A stretch of 64,000 bases of DNA. Source: Octopus sinensis (Eukaryota). The stretch is taken from the NCBI RefSeq assembly GCF_006345805.1, contig NC_043003.1:39680001-39744000 (forward strand), given 5' to 3'. The notes under the pieces are model-generated. The model made no database searches. It was given only the letters and a program-made list of their open reading frames with translations, and was not told where the DNA came from. Within the stretch, counting starts at the first letter, position 1; each line of letters starts with the position of its first letter. This document shows, piece after piece, positions 12,826-25,721 of the stretch. The position numbers and the translations under genes are program-made.

Positions 12826-12871
12826 TGATAGATCACTAGCCACTACACATTCTTTATTTTCTCTCCTTGTT

Positions 12872-12909
12872 TCTTTCTGTAGAAGAGCATAGGTTCGAAA
12901 CGTTAAAGA
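12872..12909 (+). ncRNA. Hammerhead-like motif in a Penelope-derived short unit (12826-13000)
   Basis: TCTTT-CTGTAGA-A-GAGC-ATAG-GTTC-GAAAC-GTT-AAAGA; stems I and II pair; core has A6 to U. Confidence 0.45.
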
Positions 12910-13739
12910 CTTTTTCACTTCCCGAGTGTTATACTAATACATCTATTTGTTATCTACACCACATGTCTTTGTCTTTTGTTTTTTTTTTTGTGAATTCTCC
13001 CTATATATATATATATAAAGAATCTATGATGCTTAAAACACACAACCAGGAATTTATGACTTTTGGCACACTAGATTCTTTCTGACTTTATTCTATTTGC
13101 CGTTTTCTTGACGTTTTTTTTTTTTAAATTAAAAACTTTTAAATGTTATTGTTTTTATCATCCCATAAATGGCGGTGCCACAGCTAGTGAGCTGAAACTA
13201 GATAAATAAAAAAAATAAATACGAAGTGCGCCAATATTTTCTTCTGTATCCGATCTCGTGTACGTCACAAACTCAAAAGGATTGAATTTAATGCAAAAAT
13301 TAAAACATGAAGCTAAAAGAGAAATAGAAAAGCAAGTCTTATTAATTAACTACCAGCAAAGATGAAATAAATCTGCCCATTTACTGTTGTCATTTAATTC
13401 GTAAGGGTTCTTTTTAAATTTTTTCATAGTGTAGAATCTTTTCAATTTATCTACACTGATGCAATTTTGCATACTGGTGGCAAAAATAACATTCATTTTC
13501 TCTAGAAATTCATCCTTTTTTGTTATCGGCACAAAGCCTGAAATTTTGGGACAGTGGGCTAGTGGAGATTACATCGACCCAGTGTTTTCAACTGGTACTT
13601 ATTTCATTGACACCACCCCTATCACTACCCATATTGTGTCCACCATCTTCAAGCCCCTTACTAACTACTAAATCCTTTATTCTTCATTTTTAATTCCTTC
13701 CTTTCTAATTTTTTCATGCATCTGTTAACTTCCAATGGT

Positions 13740-14600
13740 TCAAGACCATTGACAACATCAATCTCTTTGATCTAGGAGAGCTGCAAAGGCCAAAGTCACA
13801 GGCCTTTCTAGCAGACCAATCCAATTATAAACAAACTTACGTGGGAGACATAATCAAAAGTAGAAGTACACCAGAGTTGATATAATTCCAATTGGAAAGA
13901 CAGCCCTATCAGTACATTCAGCAATGATGTAGTCTGATTTAAATAAGCTATTGACAATTTAACTAAGGGATCCTTATGCCACACACAGTTGAAGGCTTTA
14001 CTGATGTCAATAACAACAATGCTATCACCAAAGTTCTCAAGAGTTCTCAGTGAGTTGTGAGGTAGGAGGGCATATCTCCTGTAGAACTGGTTCTAAAGAA
14101 ACTCTGCTAATGGTCACCAAGTAAAAGACAGACAAAAGGTGGTGAAAGAGGATTTTGTTTGTGACTGTTTCTATTGTCTTTGAGATATAGGAAGTTGCTA
14201 GCATTTGAGAGGTTGCCCTTTGTGGGAATAAGTTAGAGTTATATGTTTCCATAGATTGGAATAGATTCTTTTAGTGAGAAAAATATTGAAGTGTTTAGCA
14301 GTACAGGATATAAATCCTTGAAGTCACTGCTTGAAATTAATGGAAAAAAACACCTGTAAATTAGATCGCCTTACCAAGGTTGGCAGGAATAGAATCTTAA
14401 CATATTTGCTGACTGATGCATGAGATGGTGAGGTGGAAAATTTTGCTAATTCCATGCAATCTAAAACTGGAAGCAAAATAGGTTTTAAAGTGGTATTTAG
14501 AAAGATATCTTAGCTGATGTTTTGGAAAAGATGCTGTCAAAGAAAAAATTAAGCTGAGATAGACGTTTTCAAGACAAAATAATTCCATATGGGTCTCTTA
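13740..14600 (-). pseudogene. CR1/L2/Jockey-group reverse transcriptase relic
   Basis: Minus frame ENFGDSIVVIDISKAFNCVWHK, SYISKTIETVTNKILFHHL, NSGV; many stops. Confidence 0.75.
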
Positions 14601-14699
14601 TGTATGGATAGGAATCAAGTGGTGGAATATACTTAAATTTACCTCTTATTTTAACTTATTATATCTCTCTTAATTAAATTAGTCACTGAACTACTCAAA

Positions 14700-15100
14700 A
14701 GAGCCAGTAGCTCCTTGTATATGATATTAGTAATACAGTTCTATATTTAAGAAATGAGGAATTATGTACATTATTTACATTTGACATATATTTGTCCTCA
14801 TCTTGTTTGTTGTTAACACAACGTTTCAGCTGATATACTCTCCAGCCTTTCTTGGGGAAATTTCGAACCTGGGTTCTCATTCCTAGGGTATTTTTCAATG
14901 TTGTTGCTGTTCAGGTCACTGTCTGGAATCGAACTCAGAATCTTGGGGTTAGTAGCCCACACTCTTAACCATTACGCCATATGCCCGCAGACAATTACAG
15001 AGTGAATTTTAGGGCTTATAAATCTGGAGGGCATATCATCCAAAACGTGTTGACAACAAACAAGATGAGGACAAATATCCATCAAATGTAAATAATGTAT
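14700..15100 (-). mobile_element. Penelope-derived unit: tRNA-like head followed by hammerhead-bearing body, plus inverted partial copy
   Basis: A-box tggcgtaatgg, loop ctactaa, B-box gagttcgattcc at 14915-14987; body matches 17893-18031; plus-strand partial tail at 15020-15100. Confidence 0.6.
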
Positions 15101-17938
15101 GGTTTTAGTAGTTCATAATTTGTTGCTAGTGACATTTAGAAGGCCCCTAAAGAATCACTTGATTACTTGAAATAACTACCAAATCTCCCTCAAATTATTT
15201 CCTAGCACCATACAGAAAGTTACACTGGTCAATGTAGTCCTTGATATATTACCTATGAAATGCCTCATGGCATAAATCTGCTTGATCAGACTTGACCTGG
15301 GGTTAAATAACAACAACAACACTACATGTTGCTATGAACAATAATGGTTTCAAACTTTGGAACAAGACTACCAATTATCAACCCCAACACTCAAATTGTA
15401 CATTTTTTTTATCAACTCTGTAAAGATGAAAGGCAAAGTCAACCTTGATAGAATTTGAACTCAGAATGTAATGAGTCAGAAAAGAGACTGCATAGTACTT
15501 TTTCTGTCACTCTAACAGTTCTGCAAGCTGACTAACCTTGTTACTATGAACATTTATAAGAAGAGACCAAAGATTAATACAATACATAATACAAGAAAAT
15601 TTTTGGTAATATCTATTTTAAATAACATCCTAAAATATCTGGCCCCTGTTACTGAAAGTTGAATGAGCCAGATATACAGCATTAAGTATTGTCTCAAAGA
15701 TACAAAACAAATTGACTGCTACTGATTTAAATTAAAGTCCTATGTGAGAGTAGTTCAATATCTAATCCAGTTGATTATTTTGACAAGCTGAAGAGTTAGA
15801 AAGTTTCTGGAATTAATATAGAAGAATAAAGATCTTTTAGTGAGTGAAATGTGAACAATTATAGTCAGAAGATCCCATAGATGTTGATTTCGATGTATAG
15901 AGAAGCAAACAATTCTCTATGAAGTTTATACTAGGGTGATGATGATAGAACTGGAAGTGAAGCTGCCATGTTAGTGTTTCAGTCATGACCCAAGGAATGG
16001 AACTCATACATTATGAACCAGCAAAAGACTTCAGAGTCATCACTGCTTATGACAGATAGTAAGTCATTCCACTTAATACTACTTATTTATATCAGGCACT
16101 GGAGTAGCTTGCTTACCAACCACATGGTTCCGGGTTCAGTGCCACTGCGTGGCAGTTTGGGCAGGTGTCTCCTACTATAGCCTCAGGCCGAACAAAGCCT
16201 TGTGAGTGGATCTGGTAGACAGAAACTGAAAGAAGCCCGTCGTATATATGTATATATATGTGTGTGTGTGTTTGTGTGTCTGTGTTTATCCCCCCAACAT
16301 CGCTTAACAACCAATGCTGGTCTGTTTACATTCCCATAACTTAGTGGTTCGGCAAAAAAGACCGATAGAATAAGTACTAGGCTTACAAAGAATAAGTCCT
16401 GAGGTTGATTTGTTCGACTAAAGGTGGTGCTCCAGCATGGCCACAGTCAAATGACCGAAACAAGCAAAAGAGTATCAGTGTAAACTGGGTCATTGAGGGC
16501 TAAGTGTTTTGATCACAAATTGAGGAAATGGTACTAAACCAGTGATAAACTTAAAGCAATGGTTCTTTCAGTTTGTTGTCTGATTTTCAATTATAGATTG
16601 GCCATTCTTGGCTCTCATGCAGACAGATAATTTGGAAGGTGTATAATTGATTCAGTTTTACTTCCTCAGTGGGAAATTAAGATGCATCAACTGGAATTCC
16701 AGTTTTCATCCAAGTTTGCCTCTACATAACACTTTATGAGGAATATGTCAAGGTGCACTCCTCTAATCTGCTGGATTGTCAATTAGCTCAATGGTTTCCA
16801 AAGTCACAAATAAAATACTTCCTTTCTCACCAAAACAAAATAAATTTAGCACCACACAATCCTTCTCCTTCACCACCATGCTAAACAAGTTTGGGCTTCC
16901 GTGCCGGTGGCACATAAAAAGCACCATCTGATTGTGACCGTTGCCAGCCTCGCCTGACCCCCTTGCCGGTGGCACATAAAAAGCATCATCCGACCGTGGC
17001 CGTTCGCCAGCCCCGTCTGGCACCTGTGCCAGTGGCACGTAAAAAGCACCCACTACACTCACGGAGTGATTGGCATTAGGAAGGGCATCCAGCCGTAGAA
17101 ACACTGCCAGATCAAACTGGGCCTGGTGCAGCCTTCTGGCTTTCCAGACCCCAGTTGAACTGTCCAACACATGCTAGTATGGAAAGCGGACGCTAAATGA
17201 TGATGATGATGATGAAAATACAATACAAGAAGGACAATACACAAAAGTAGAGCAATTTGTCTACCTATCTTTCAATCCAACACTGTATAAATCCAATTCT
17301 ACTCACCACAGAATCAAGTGATCCCAGTGACAGTCACTCTACACCCATCACACAGTCCAAAAATCTATCTCACAGTTTCTTTACTATAAAGTCCACAAAT
17401 CACCCAGTACTCCCCACAATCTACTACCCAATCTACAAATCCACCTGTCATTGCTTTAGTCCACCTTACATTTCTCTAATCTACCAAAGTCTATTAGTGC
17501 ACCCTGTACAGGTCTAATTGATTAAACAGTCCTCAAATCAAGTTGGCAGTCCTCCAATCCACTTTACAACACCTAGCCTTCCCAGCACTCTTCTCTTCAT
17601 GCTTGTTCTAAACTAGATATAAACTTAATCCAATGATATCTCCGTTGCCAGGAATACTATTTGTTGATCAACAAAATCATTAAACCTGATTTATCAGAAT
17701 TGGTTGATGTTGTCTCTTAGGACATACACTTACAAACAAACAGCTATGCACAGCAATTAGATACATAAATACGTGTGTGTCTGTGTCTGTGTGTGTCTGT
17801 CTGTGTCTGTGTGTATATGACTGTGTAGTTAAGAACCTTGCTTCCCAACCACATTATTTTGAGTTCAATAATAATAATAATAATAATAACATCGAAAAAT
17901 ACCTTAGGAATGAGAACCCAAGTTCGAAATTTCCCCAA

Positions 17939-17984
17939 GACACCTGAAGAAGGCTGGAGGGTATATCAGCCAAAACGTTGTGTT
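17939..17984 (+). ncRNA. Type I minimal hammerhead motif (Penelope pLTR-derived)
   Basis: GACAC-CTGAAGA-A-GGCTG-loop-CAGCC-(G to A)AAAC-GTT-GTGTT; the minus copy at ~14810-14840 retains GAAAC. Confidence 0.6.
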
Positions 17985-19751
17985 AATAACAAACAAGATG
18001 AGGACAAATATCCATCAAATGTAAATAATGTAGTGCAGCCATGTATCTCCTTTACTGCCAGATACCTGTGTCTGTTGTTCTATCATACTCTAACCTTTCA
18101 TTACCTGAAACAAAGCAACCGTCCACAAAATTACTCCCCACTAAGTTGAGGGGATTTGTCTTGCAAGTTACTTAGTTACCTTGCTGGTAAAGGTACCATG
18201 TAAAAAGTACCCAGTACACTCTGTGGTGAAGTGGTTGGCATTAGGGAGAGCATCCAACCATAGAAACCATGCCAAAGAAAACAGTAGAGTTTGTTGCAGT
18301 CTTGTGGTTTGCCAGCTGATATCACACCATCCAACCCATGCCAGCATGGAAAGTGGATTTTAAATGATAACAATGGAGATGAGGATGATGGAAGTAAACT
18401 CTTATGAATGTTAAACTTAGGTAACTTAATTCCATAGTGACATTTTTGTATTACTCTCTTTACTTGTTTCAGTTATTTGACTGTGGCCATGCTGGGGCAC
18501 CGCCCTTTAGTCAAGCAAATTGACTCCAGGACTTATTCTTTGTAAGCCTAGTACTTATTCTATTGGTCTCTTTTGCCGAACCGCTAAGTTACGGGGGACG
18601 TAAACACACCAGCATCAGATGTCAAGCGATGTTGGGGGGACAGACACAGACACAGACACACAAACATATACACACACATACATACATATATACATATATA
18701 CGACGGGCTTGTTTCAGTTTCCGTCTACTAAATCCACTCACAAGGCTTTGGTCAGCCCGAGGCCATAAGTAGCAGACACTTGCCCAAGGTGCCACGCAGT
18801 GGGGCTGAACCCAGAACCATGTGGTTCGTAAGCAAGCTACTTACCACACAGCCACTCCTACGCCTATATGTAACAAATGAACTGCTGTTTCTTTTTTGTT
18901 TTTGTTTTTGTCCATATACACTACTTGAAAGTGTCATTTTTCTATGCACATATACTGCTGTTTCATAATACTATCTCTAATAATCCTACCACTTATACCA
19001 GGGAGGTCTATACACTACAGGAAGAAAATGTAGAAATAAACTCTGGGATATACATAAATATAATTGCTATGATATGTTTTTTTTTCCTTTTTAGTGTAAC
19101 CACAAAGCATTTATTTACTGCACAGATCAACAACTATATAGAAATTCTCTTACCAATATAGGAGTTTCTCTCTCTCTCTCCCTCCCATTTCTCTCTCTTT
19201 CCAATAGGGATAGCTATGGCTCCCCTCTACAGCTAGACACCTATTTCTGTCCCTCTATTCATGCTCTAACTTCTCCCACCCACCTGACACAAAGCCACCT
19301 GCCTTGATACTATCCCTGCTTAGCTGAGGTGTCTCTGTTTTGCAATTGGTAGCCTCATTGGTGCTCGCACTATGTAAAATGCACCCAGTACAGTATAAAT
19401 TGGTTGAAATTAGGAAGGGTATCCAGCCATAGAAACCATTCCAAGACAGACTGTAAAACTCATAACTATCTTCTGACTTGCCAGCTCCTGTGAAACAGCC
19501 CTACCCATGCCCGCATAGAGGTAAGACATTAAATGATGATGGTGATATATACAGAGACAGACAGACAGAAAGACAGGTGCCAGAATACCTGTGTGGTCAA
19601 GAATTTCCTTCCACAATCATGTGGTTGTGTGCTTGATTCCACCTGCAAGATATCTTGGGTAAGATGTTTTATCCAATAGCCCAATATGTGATAACCAAAA
19701 TGTGATAACTAAACCTTTGCAAGTGAAATTTGGTAGACAGAAACTGTATGG

Positions 19752-19977
19752 TGAGCTGGCAGAAACGTTAGCATGCTGGGCAAAATGCTTAGCGGTATTT
19801 CATCTGCCATTACGTTTTGAGTTCAAATTCTGCCGAGGTCGACTTTGCCTTTCATCCTTTCGGGGTCGATAAATTAAGTACCAGTTACGCACTGAGGTCG
19901 ATGTAATTGACTTAATCCCCTTGTCTGTCCTTGTTTGTCCCCTCTATGTTTAGCCCCTTGTGGGCAATAAAGAAATA
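19752..19977 (+). mobile_element. tRNA-SINE (Meta-like core, tail A) nested in an OR-type SINE
   Basis: 13-bp TSD agaaactgtatgg at 19739 and 19978; strongly CpG-decayed. Confidence 0.85.
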
Positions 19978-20039
19978 AGAAACTGTATGGAAGCCTCTAG
20001 GATTGATGTGTGTTTGTGTGTGTGTTATGTGTGTGTGTG

Positions 20040-20657
20040 TGTGTCTATGTGTGTGTGTGTGTGTCTATGTGTGTGTGCATGCATGCACGTGTGTGTCTGA
20101 GTGTCTTCACATTGATACTTGGACCGCAGAGACAATTGTTTATATTCCTCTTAAACTAAACATCCTGTACAACAGTTCCTCGTTCAAAGTCTATTAAATT
20201 GCCTTGGAAACAAGTTAGGGTCGGGCACTGAGAAGGGTGTTCAGCCATAGGCTAGTGTCTCAAGAAGTCTTGTCCAACCCATGCCAGCATGAAAAAGTGA
20301 ACTTAAAAGAACCGATGATCGTGATGATCATGACCATGATGAGGAGGAGGAGGAGGTGGAGGAGGAGGAGGGGAAGGAGGTTGATAGTGATGGTGACAGC
20401 GACAATGGTGGTGATGGTGATGATTACAGTGATAACAATGATGATGGCAGTGGTGGTGGTGGTGGTTGTAGTGGTGGTAGCATTGGCATGTGTTTGTGTG
20501 CATGTGTTGTGTAGGTGAGTGGGTGTATTTGCTAGGTAAGAGGATAGTGTTGGGTTCATAAATTCATTTCTCAGGAAAAGCAGTAATGCTTTCACCACTG
20601 GTCATATTTTCACCCAAGATAACTTAGAATTCTTTATAAATGGCAGGTGCACTCTGT

Positions 20658-20694
<37 letters not shown>

Positions 20695-21340
20695 TATGTG
20701 TGTGTGTGTCTATGTGTGTGTGTGTGTCTATGTGTGTGTGCATGCATGCACGTGTGTGTCTGAGTGTCTTCACATTGATACTTGGACCGCAGAGACAATT
20801 GTTATATTCCTCTTAAACTAAACATCCTGTACAACAGTTCCTCGTTCAAAGTCTATTAAATTGCCTTGGAAACAAGTTAGGGTCGGGCACTGAGAAGGGT
20901 GTTCAGCCATAGGCTAGTGTCTCAAGAAGTCTTGTCCAACCCATGCCAGCATGAAAAAGTGAACTTAAAAGAACCGATGATCGTGATGATCATGACCATG
21001 ATGAGGAGGAGGAGGAGGTGGAGGAGGAGGAGGGGAAGGAGGTTGATAGTGATGGTGACAGTGACAATGGTGGTGATGGTGATGATTACAGTGATAACAA
21101 GGATGATGGCAGTGGTGGTGGTAGCATTGGCATGTGTTTGTGTGCATGTGTTGTGTGGGTGAGTGGGTGTATTTGCTAGGTAAGAGGATAGTGTTGGGTT
21201 CATAAATTCATTTCTCAGGAAAAGCAGTAATGCTTTCACCACTGGTCATATTTTCACCCAAGATAACTTAGAATTCTTTATAAATGGCAGGTGCACTCTG
21301 TGTGTGAGTGTGTGTGTTTGTTTGTGTGTGTGTGTGTGTG
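20040..21340. repeat. Near-identical direct tandem duplication, unit about 650 bp
   Basis: Offset 662 (20237 vs 20899), 644 after an 18-bp GTG-repeat contraction; few SNPs. Confidence 0.9.
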
Positions 21341-21906
21341 TTTTATGTTGTTTCCTGTCAAATATTTGATATCCGTGATTCTCATATGCTTTTTGCTGTT
21401 TCGCTTTGTTTTGTTCTATTTACTTGTGTCTTTAGCTATCAGAAGGAATTAATTTATTTTAGATTTAATGTGAAACTAATGAAGGTTTGACGTACAACTG
21501 ATGTATGGGTGTTGCTACATGTCTAAGATACGTAAACACACACACACAAGTACACACAAAGACACACACAAACACACACACAAGCAAACACACACACACT
21601 AGCAAACACACACACACTAGCAAACACACATACACAGATTGATAAATAGATAGATAGATATAGCCAGAGCTATATATATATAATAATATAGGGTAAAATT
21701 AATTAATTAATTAATAATCAATAATTTTACCAAGTAGTTCAGTATGTTAAAAGAACCATTATCGGTAAACTTAAACAGGGAGATTTTCTTATGTTAGAGA
21801 AATAGTTAGTTTTTAACTGCTATTTCTAAATTTCGGTATGTGGTGAAGCAAATTTTTGCTGAACCCTAATTATAATTATATTCATAATTATAAAAATTTT
21901 TGTTTT

Positions 21907-21958
<52 letters not shown>

Positions 21959-21959
21959 A

Positions 21960-23370
21960 CGAGAAGAAAATGAATGTAAATAACAAGGAGAAATTCATCG
22001 TTTTCACTGGTAAGTCTTTAATTTAATTAATTAACAAAGAAGAAAGTAGCATTTACGATCGTTTCAATTTACTAGTTTTAGTAAATATCTTCAGAATGTG
22101 AAAAATAAATTGATACATTGGTAATGGTAATAAAGTCAAAATTTGTTAAGAACATTATATAATGTTCTTAAGTTGATTATTTGGCTAGGGAGTGGATTTC
22201 ATTGTAGTAGATTGGTTAGTTTATGGTTCCACTGGGTAATTAAAGCAGGGTGTATATCATTTTGGTGTGGAATCCCAAGTTTGATTAAGCACATTTTTTA
22301 AGAGGGGCCTAGTACATAGCATTAGCAGTAGAATATCACGCCTCGTTTCCAACATAAATATCTTTGATAGGCATAAAGAAATTTATAATTCCACACTACA
22401 GAAAGCAGGATTTAAACAAAAAATTAAATACCTTGACCCTAATCACCATACAAGTAGCCCAAATAACAGAAACCCACTCACTAATACCATTAACACCAAC
22501 CACACACCATACATCACCACAAACTACACCAACAATAAGAACAGTAGGTGTAACCCCAATAAAAACAACACCAATATGAACAATGCCAAGGTCCATACAC
22601 AAACCACCAATAATAACAAAAATAGCCACAACACTAATACCGATAAAGTCATAAACAATAAGATTAACAATATTAACACAACTAATAACACCAAGTACAC
22701 AAATAAGCTGAAAAATGACATTAGCTACAAAAATAATAATATAAACCTACACATCAGTATGAATAAAACTAAAGCGCCCCAAAGAACCAATATGAACCCT
22801 GTTAATAACAAGAAAGCCATGCCATCTAGTCCACATAAACCCTATGCAAGCAGCACCAATAAAACAGACAAAAGTAACAGGAAAGTGAAACCCGACTATG
22901 GAAATAAACTAGATAGCCATAACCATAACTTCACACAACTCACAAACAAAGAGGGTAGCTTCTATACTAGAAAAAAACTATAGAAAAAATAAACAAAATA
23001 GTGATAACATAACATGAACGCAGATATACCTAATAATTTATGTAGCTGCAGGGATAGAACAAAGTGCCATTTCTCAAATAGATGTAAGACAAATGACATA
23101 GTTTACCAATGTGATGTGCACACAAATAGCCAGATAAAATCATATATAAGCACCACTAAAAACCAAATGATACTTAGATATAACACACACCAATCTAACT
23201 TCAGAAATAGGAGTAAGGCAAATTCAACAGAGCTCAGTAGATATATTGGGGAACTTAAGGATAAAAACATAGATTATAGATTAAATTGGCATATACTCAC
23301 AAAAACAACCTCGTACAATACTGCCAATAGATGCTGTGATCTCTGTTTACCTATCCAATCCTCTCTACCA
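21960..23370 (+). mobile_element. Penelope-like element (Naiad-type): RT thumb, Asn-rich linker, GIY-YIG endonuclease, with an upstream inverted pLTR
   Basis: ISSRISRLVSNINIFDRHKEIYNSTLQKAGF from 22321; CSCRDRTKC...IVYQC...SYISTT...TELSRYIGELK...W.IL...CDLCL at 23014-23350; inverted segment 21960-22310. Confidence 0.85.
22050..22098 (-). ncRNA. Hammerhead motif with palindromic loop 3 in the inverted pLTR
   Basis: CATT-CTGAAGA-T-ATTTACTA-AAAC-TAGTAAAT-T-GAAAC-GATC-GTA-AATG. Confidence 0.65.
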
Positions 23371-23384
23371 CTTCACCATCTTCA

Positions 23385-23590
23385 TATGGATGATGACAGC
23401 TGTATAAAGAAGGGCTGATCACTTAATGTGAAAGGACCACAAAGAAGAGGGGAACCCAAGAAAATATGGGATGAAATGGTGAATGGTGATCTCAGGACCT
23501 GAAATCTTACAGAGATGACAAGAGAACAAGATGACTGGTGATATGCAGTTCTTAAGAAGCCCCACCCCCATCCATGGTGAAACTGAGTTT
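23385..23590 (+). pseudogene. RTE ORF C-terminal fragment
   Basis: MDDDSCIKK...RRGEPKKIWDEMV, homologous to 27625-27828. Confidence 0.65.
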
Positions 23591-23621
23591 GGAAGTAATG
23601 TGTGTCTGTGTATATATAATA

Positions 23622-24486
23622 TACAAAATCTGATCAATAAGTATCCGGACTGTTGCCACCATAGTAACACAGCTAAAACATGCAGAGTGAAGTCACTTGG
23701 CACAGATTGACCTTGACCTCTGTTGTGCATGTGCACTGAATTTTAACATTCTAGCTCACTTCTACTGTTTACAGCAGTGCTTCAAAATAATGTGTGTAAC
23801 ATGTGATCGTCGCATTGACCATGACAGATAAAGTTGTCATGGTGATACCTGCTCAGAGGCCAACACAAAGTTGCAGAAAGTGTATGGAGAGGAGTGTATG
23901 AGTTGCACACAAGTGTAAGAGTGGTTCAGACGTTTCCAAGATGGACAAAAAAGTGTTGATAGATCTGGGGAAAACATCACACATGTGCGTGCAGCTGTAA
24001 GGGGAAATCATCGAATCACCATCTGTGAGTTATCAGAGGATGTGCAAATTAGTTACAGTTCAGTCCATCGTCAATGAAGATTTGGATATGATACCTATGT
24101 GTGTCAAGTTTGTGCCAAAACTGCTTTCAGCTGACCAAAAAGACACTCAGGTTTCAGTTACACAAAATCTCTTTGATTGTGTCGAGAATAATGAAATCTT
24201 TTTGAAAACTTTGCATACACCTCTGAGTAGGTATTGCCAAGCTTGTAGCAAAATTTGATGCAGATTCTCTGCCTAACTTTCTCTGTCGTAGTCAATGCAA
24301 TGAACACACACTACACATGTTACTTCCAAGCACTGTTGTAAACAGCAGAAGTGAGCTAGAATGTTAAACTTAGTGCAAATGAACAGCAGAGTTCAAGGTC
24401 AATCTGTGCCAAGCAGCTTCACTCCGTGTGCTTTAATTTCGTTACAATGGCAACTGTCTGAACACTTATTGATCAGACCACAATTA
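23622..24486 (+). mobile_element. Internally deleted mariner with ~190-bp TIRs
   Basis: HTH fragments KLQKVYGEECMS..EWFRRFQDG and DLDM..MCVKFVPKLLS; the ends are reverse complements of each other. Confidence 0.75.
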
Positions 24487-24511
24487 TGTATTATGTATGT
24501 ATATGTATAAA

Positions 24512-25201
24512 TGTACAGCTGGGCTCTTTGCCCAATTTTCTCCCCCGAGACACACCCACATCCCATCATCTCTTTAACTGCAGCTTTTCCTTGATACCAC
24601 TAATTTTACTCAGTACCTGGAACTGTAGTGTTTGAAGTGATTGCTAGTGATAGCAATGTTATACCTCGATTCATTGTCCCACATGGCATCACACATAACA
24701 CTGAGGCCTATATCAAGTGCCTGGAGGAGGTAGTGCTGCCCTGGCTCAAGAGGGTGGCTGCTGGAAGACCCTATGTCTGGCAACAGCACTCTGCACCATG
24801 CCACACAAGCAGAGGAACCCAGTCATGGCTATCAGACAATTTCTGCAACCACATCACCCCCTAACATTTGGCCACCTCACTCTCCAGACTGCAACACCCT
24901 TGATTATTACATATGGGGGCACAGCTGAGCAAGAGACCAACAAAACTCCTTGTAACACCAAAGATGAACTGAAGGCAAGGATTCACTTAAACAAGGAGAT
25001 CATCCAGAAGAGTTGCAGGAGATTCTGAAGTTGTTTGGAGGCTGTGGTTGAAGCCAATGGCGATTTTATTGAATAAATTTATTTTTTAGTATTTCAAGAT
25101 ATTTTTATGTAATTTTGGTAAATATATCTGTTAAAATGAGATGTCTGTTATTTTCATTTTTGCATTATTTTGATGACAATTTATTCACCACACCCTGCGT
25201 A
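24512..25201 (+). mobile_element. Tc1/mariner (maT/DD37D-like) transposase 3' fragment
   Basis: YVWQQHSAPCHTS...WPPHSPDCN.LDY.., LEAVVEANGDFIE*; ends caccctgcgta. Confidence 0.75.
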
Positions 25202-25297
25202 ATTGATGTATGTATGTATGTATGTATGTATGTATGTATACACACACATACAGACAGACAGACAGAGATGTATATTTGCAAAAGTATCATATATATA

Positions 25298-25330
<33 letters not shown>

Positions 25331-25332
25331 CC

Positions 25333-25680
25333 GGAGTAAACACATAAATGTGAAACAAAGTGGAAAAAAGTGTACTCAAATACCAGTGGTAGAGTAATAT
25401 GCTTTATTTAAAGCAGCAGAAAATTCAACAAAACCTGTTACTCTGAGTTTCACGTTGCCGTTCATCGGACAGTTTTTGCTAGAATAGAACCGATATGTCA
25501 ATTCTATCCAGACTAGGTGTAGCGTTTAAACAAGTCCATTTTTTTAAAGGTGTAGCGTTTATACTAGTCTGGATAGAATTGACATATCGGTTCTATTCTA
25601 GCAAAAACTGTCCGATGAACGGCAACGTGAAACTCAGAGTAACAGGTTTTGTTGAATTTTCTGCTGCTTTAAATAAAGTA
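25333..25680. mobile_element. Penelope-type inverted terminal unit with a perfect 115-bp palindrome
   Basis: 25402-25516 is the exact reverse complement of 25564-25678; set in (TA)n. Confidence 0.75.
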
Positions 25681-25721
25681 TATATATATATATATATGTA
25701 TATGTATGTGTGTATGAGTGT

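Noticed and set aside
12523-12918. YI/HT/CV/YLSI-rich ORFs (also 46485-46866, 48401-48716, 55680-56164, 56577-56843, 62245-62786)
   Set aside because: Translations of stop-free microsatellites.
13160-13200. AAATGGCGG as a YY1 promoter motif
   Set aside because: Part of an OR-type SINE tail variant.
13835-13845. Strong minus-strand GTAAGT donor
   Set aside because: Falls within the CR1-group RT relic.
15550-16060. Possible LINE endonuclease remnant
   Set aside because: Too degenerate; no diagnostic motif could be confirmed.
20237-21242. His/Pro/Thr- and Val/Met-rich ORFs in duplicate
   Set aside because: Derived from (GAT/GGA/GTG)n tracts after an RTE tail; no splice or codon support.
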